Source: Eledone cirrhosa
Lineage: Eukaryota
Direction: 5' to 3'
Assembly: GCA_964016885.1 (NCBI GenBank)
Contig: OZ024741.1
Coordinates: 30,566,001 to 30,630,000, forward strand
DNA length: 64,000 nt
The position numbers and the translations under genes were made by a program. Shown here in pieces: positions 62,862-64,000 of the stretch. Position 1 is the first letter of the stretch; the number at the start of each line of letters is the position of its first letter. The notes beneath the pieces are model-generated. The model ran no database searches. It was not told the DNA's origin and saw only the letters and a list, made by a program, of their open reading frames with translations.

Positions 62862-63472
62862 AAGCATGTTTTGAAACAGCGAGCAAGTTTGCGATTAGAA
62901 ATTAGAAGCTCTCGCCGTATTTTTGTACTAAAGAAATGTTAGCCTGAAAGTGGGGTTTAGAACCCTCAGAGAAATGAAAAAAGGTGAGTATTGACGTACA
63001 TGGGAGTCGAACCTATATCTTTGGTTATCCAGACCAGTGTGCTACCATTACACCACCACATCACCCATCTCCTTCCATTCAAATTAGAAGCTACATTCTT
63101 AGCAAGTATGATGACAAGTAAGTATGTTTTGAAACAGCGAGCAAGTTTGAAATTAGGAAATAGAAGCTTTCACCGTATTTTTTTACTAAAGAAATTTTAG
63201 CCTGAAAGTGGAGTTTAGAACCCTCACAGAAATGGAAAAAAGATGAGTTTTGACGTACATGGGAGTCGAACCCACATATTTGGTTATCCAAACCACTGTG
63301 CTACCATTACACCAACACATCACCTATTTCCATCCATTCAAATTAGAAGACAACCAAAGATGTGGGTTCGACTACCATGTACGTTAATACTCATCTTTTT
63401 CCATTTCTCTGAGGGTTCTAAACCCCACTATCAGGCTAACATTTTTTTAGTCAAAAATACGGTGAAAGCTTC
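62862..63472. repeat. 259-bp tandem (~1.9 copies) plus an inverted partial copy, carrying a tRNA-like sequence
   Basis: atgttttgaaacagcgagcaag at ~62865 and ~63124. 63351-63472 is inverted. (TA)n flanks. Confidence 0.85.
62992..63062 (-). tRNA. tRNA-like cloverleaf (pseudo-tRNA, anticodon GGA); second copy 63251-63321
   Basis: A box TGGTGTAATGG, B box GGTTCGACTCC, D stem gtgt/gcac, anticodon stem tggt/acca with a 7-nt loop, short variable loop and imperfect acceptor stem. Confidence 0.55.
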
Positions 63473-64000
63473 TATATATATATATGTATATATGCAAAAG
63501 GCAAGTAGAAATACATAACCAAATGCGGAAACAAAGACGGAAGGCCCATTGTCACAGTGTTAACGACAGAACGTAACGTCGGCACTTTAAGAATCAAGGA
63601 AGCACTTTGGATCAAACGCCTCGGACTACAAATAAATAACCGATCCGAGAGAAGTGAGACGAGATGGCTGGTGTAAACAAACGAAACAGCACACACACAG
63701 TGGCAATCGAACGATTGTTATTGTGTGTATAACGTGTCCACCATCCACCCGATAACAAATAACAATCAGGCAGACTACACATACAACACCACACCTGCCA
63801 GTATGAAATACTGAATATAAGAAATTGACAGCGAAGATGCGTACGCACTGACACATCGCGACCCATTACTTTAGTATATAAGAACTGCCTCGACCTTTGT
63901 CTGACCGCAACTATTCCGCTCACACGTGCGCCCTACAGAGTAGTTCAGTTGTACACACACGGTAGACAACAGAGGCCATAAAACAGGCAGTGACCCTGTC

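Noticed and set aside
62943-62975. Hammerhead in the 259-bp unit (ctgaWag-hairpin-gagaaa)
   Set aside because: The core is not CUGANGA, and helices I and III are absent.
62992-63321. Functional tRNA-Ser(GGA) genes
   Set aside because: No long variable arm, mismatched acceptor and anticodon stems, and the copies have diverged. Kept only as tRNA-like.

Overview
Gene-free, repeat-saturated animal DNA. It is AT-rich with long (TA)n tracts; the SINEs and microsatellite load suggest a cephalopod such as octopus, which is inference. No host gene is supportable. The window holds a disrupted Tx1/L1-clade LINE, an RTE LINE with a 5' inversion, a hAT transposon with an 8-bp TSD, an internally deleted mariner, a Helitron, MITEs, tRNA-derived SINEs and at least six Penelope-like element (PLE; RT + GIY-YIG) insertions. 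The main signal is a hammerhead-ribozyme (HHR) system. More than 20 CUGANGA...GAAA...UH motifs occur, both in PLE 3' repeats and in two non-coding tandem arrays: a ~520-bp unit with 8 HHRs (38.9-43.7 kb) and a 310-bp unit with 4 HHRs (51.0-52.25 kb). These arrays look like non-autonomous retrozyme/circular-RNA elements, and they share an unusual HHR helix II with an adjacent GIY-YIG PLE. Nearly all PLE-type inserts sit in (TA)n and are fold-back palindromes with asymmetric ends. A similarly built tandem carries a tRNA-like cloverleaf instead of an HHR. All structures were read by eye and coordinates of degenerate elements are approximate.
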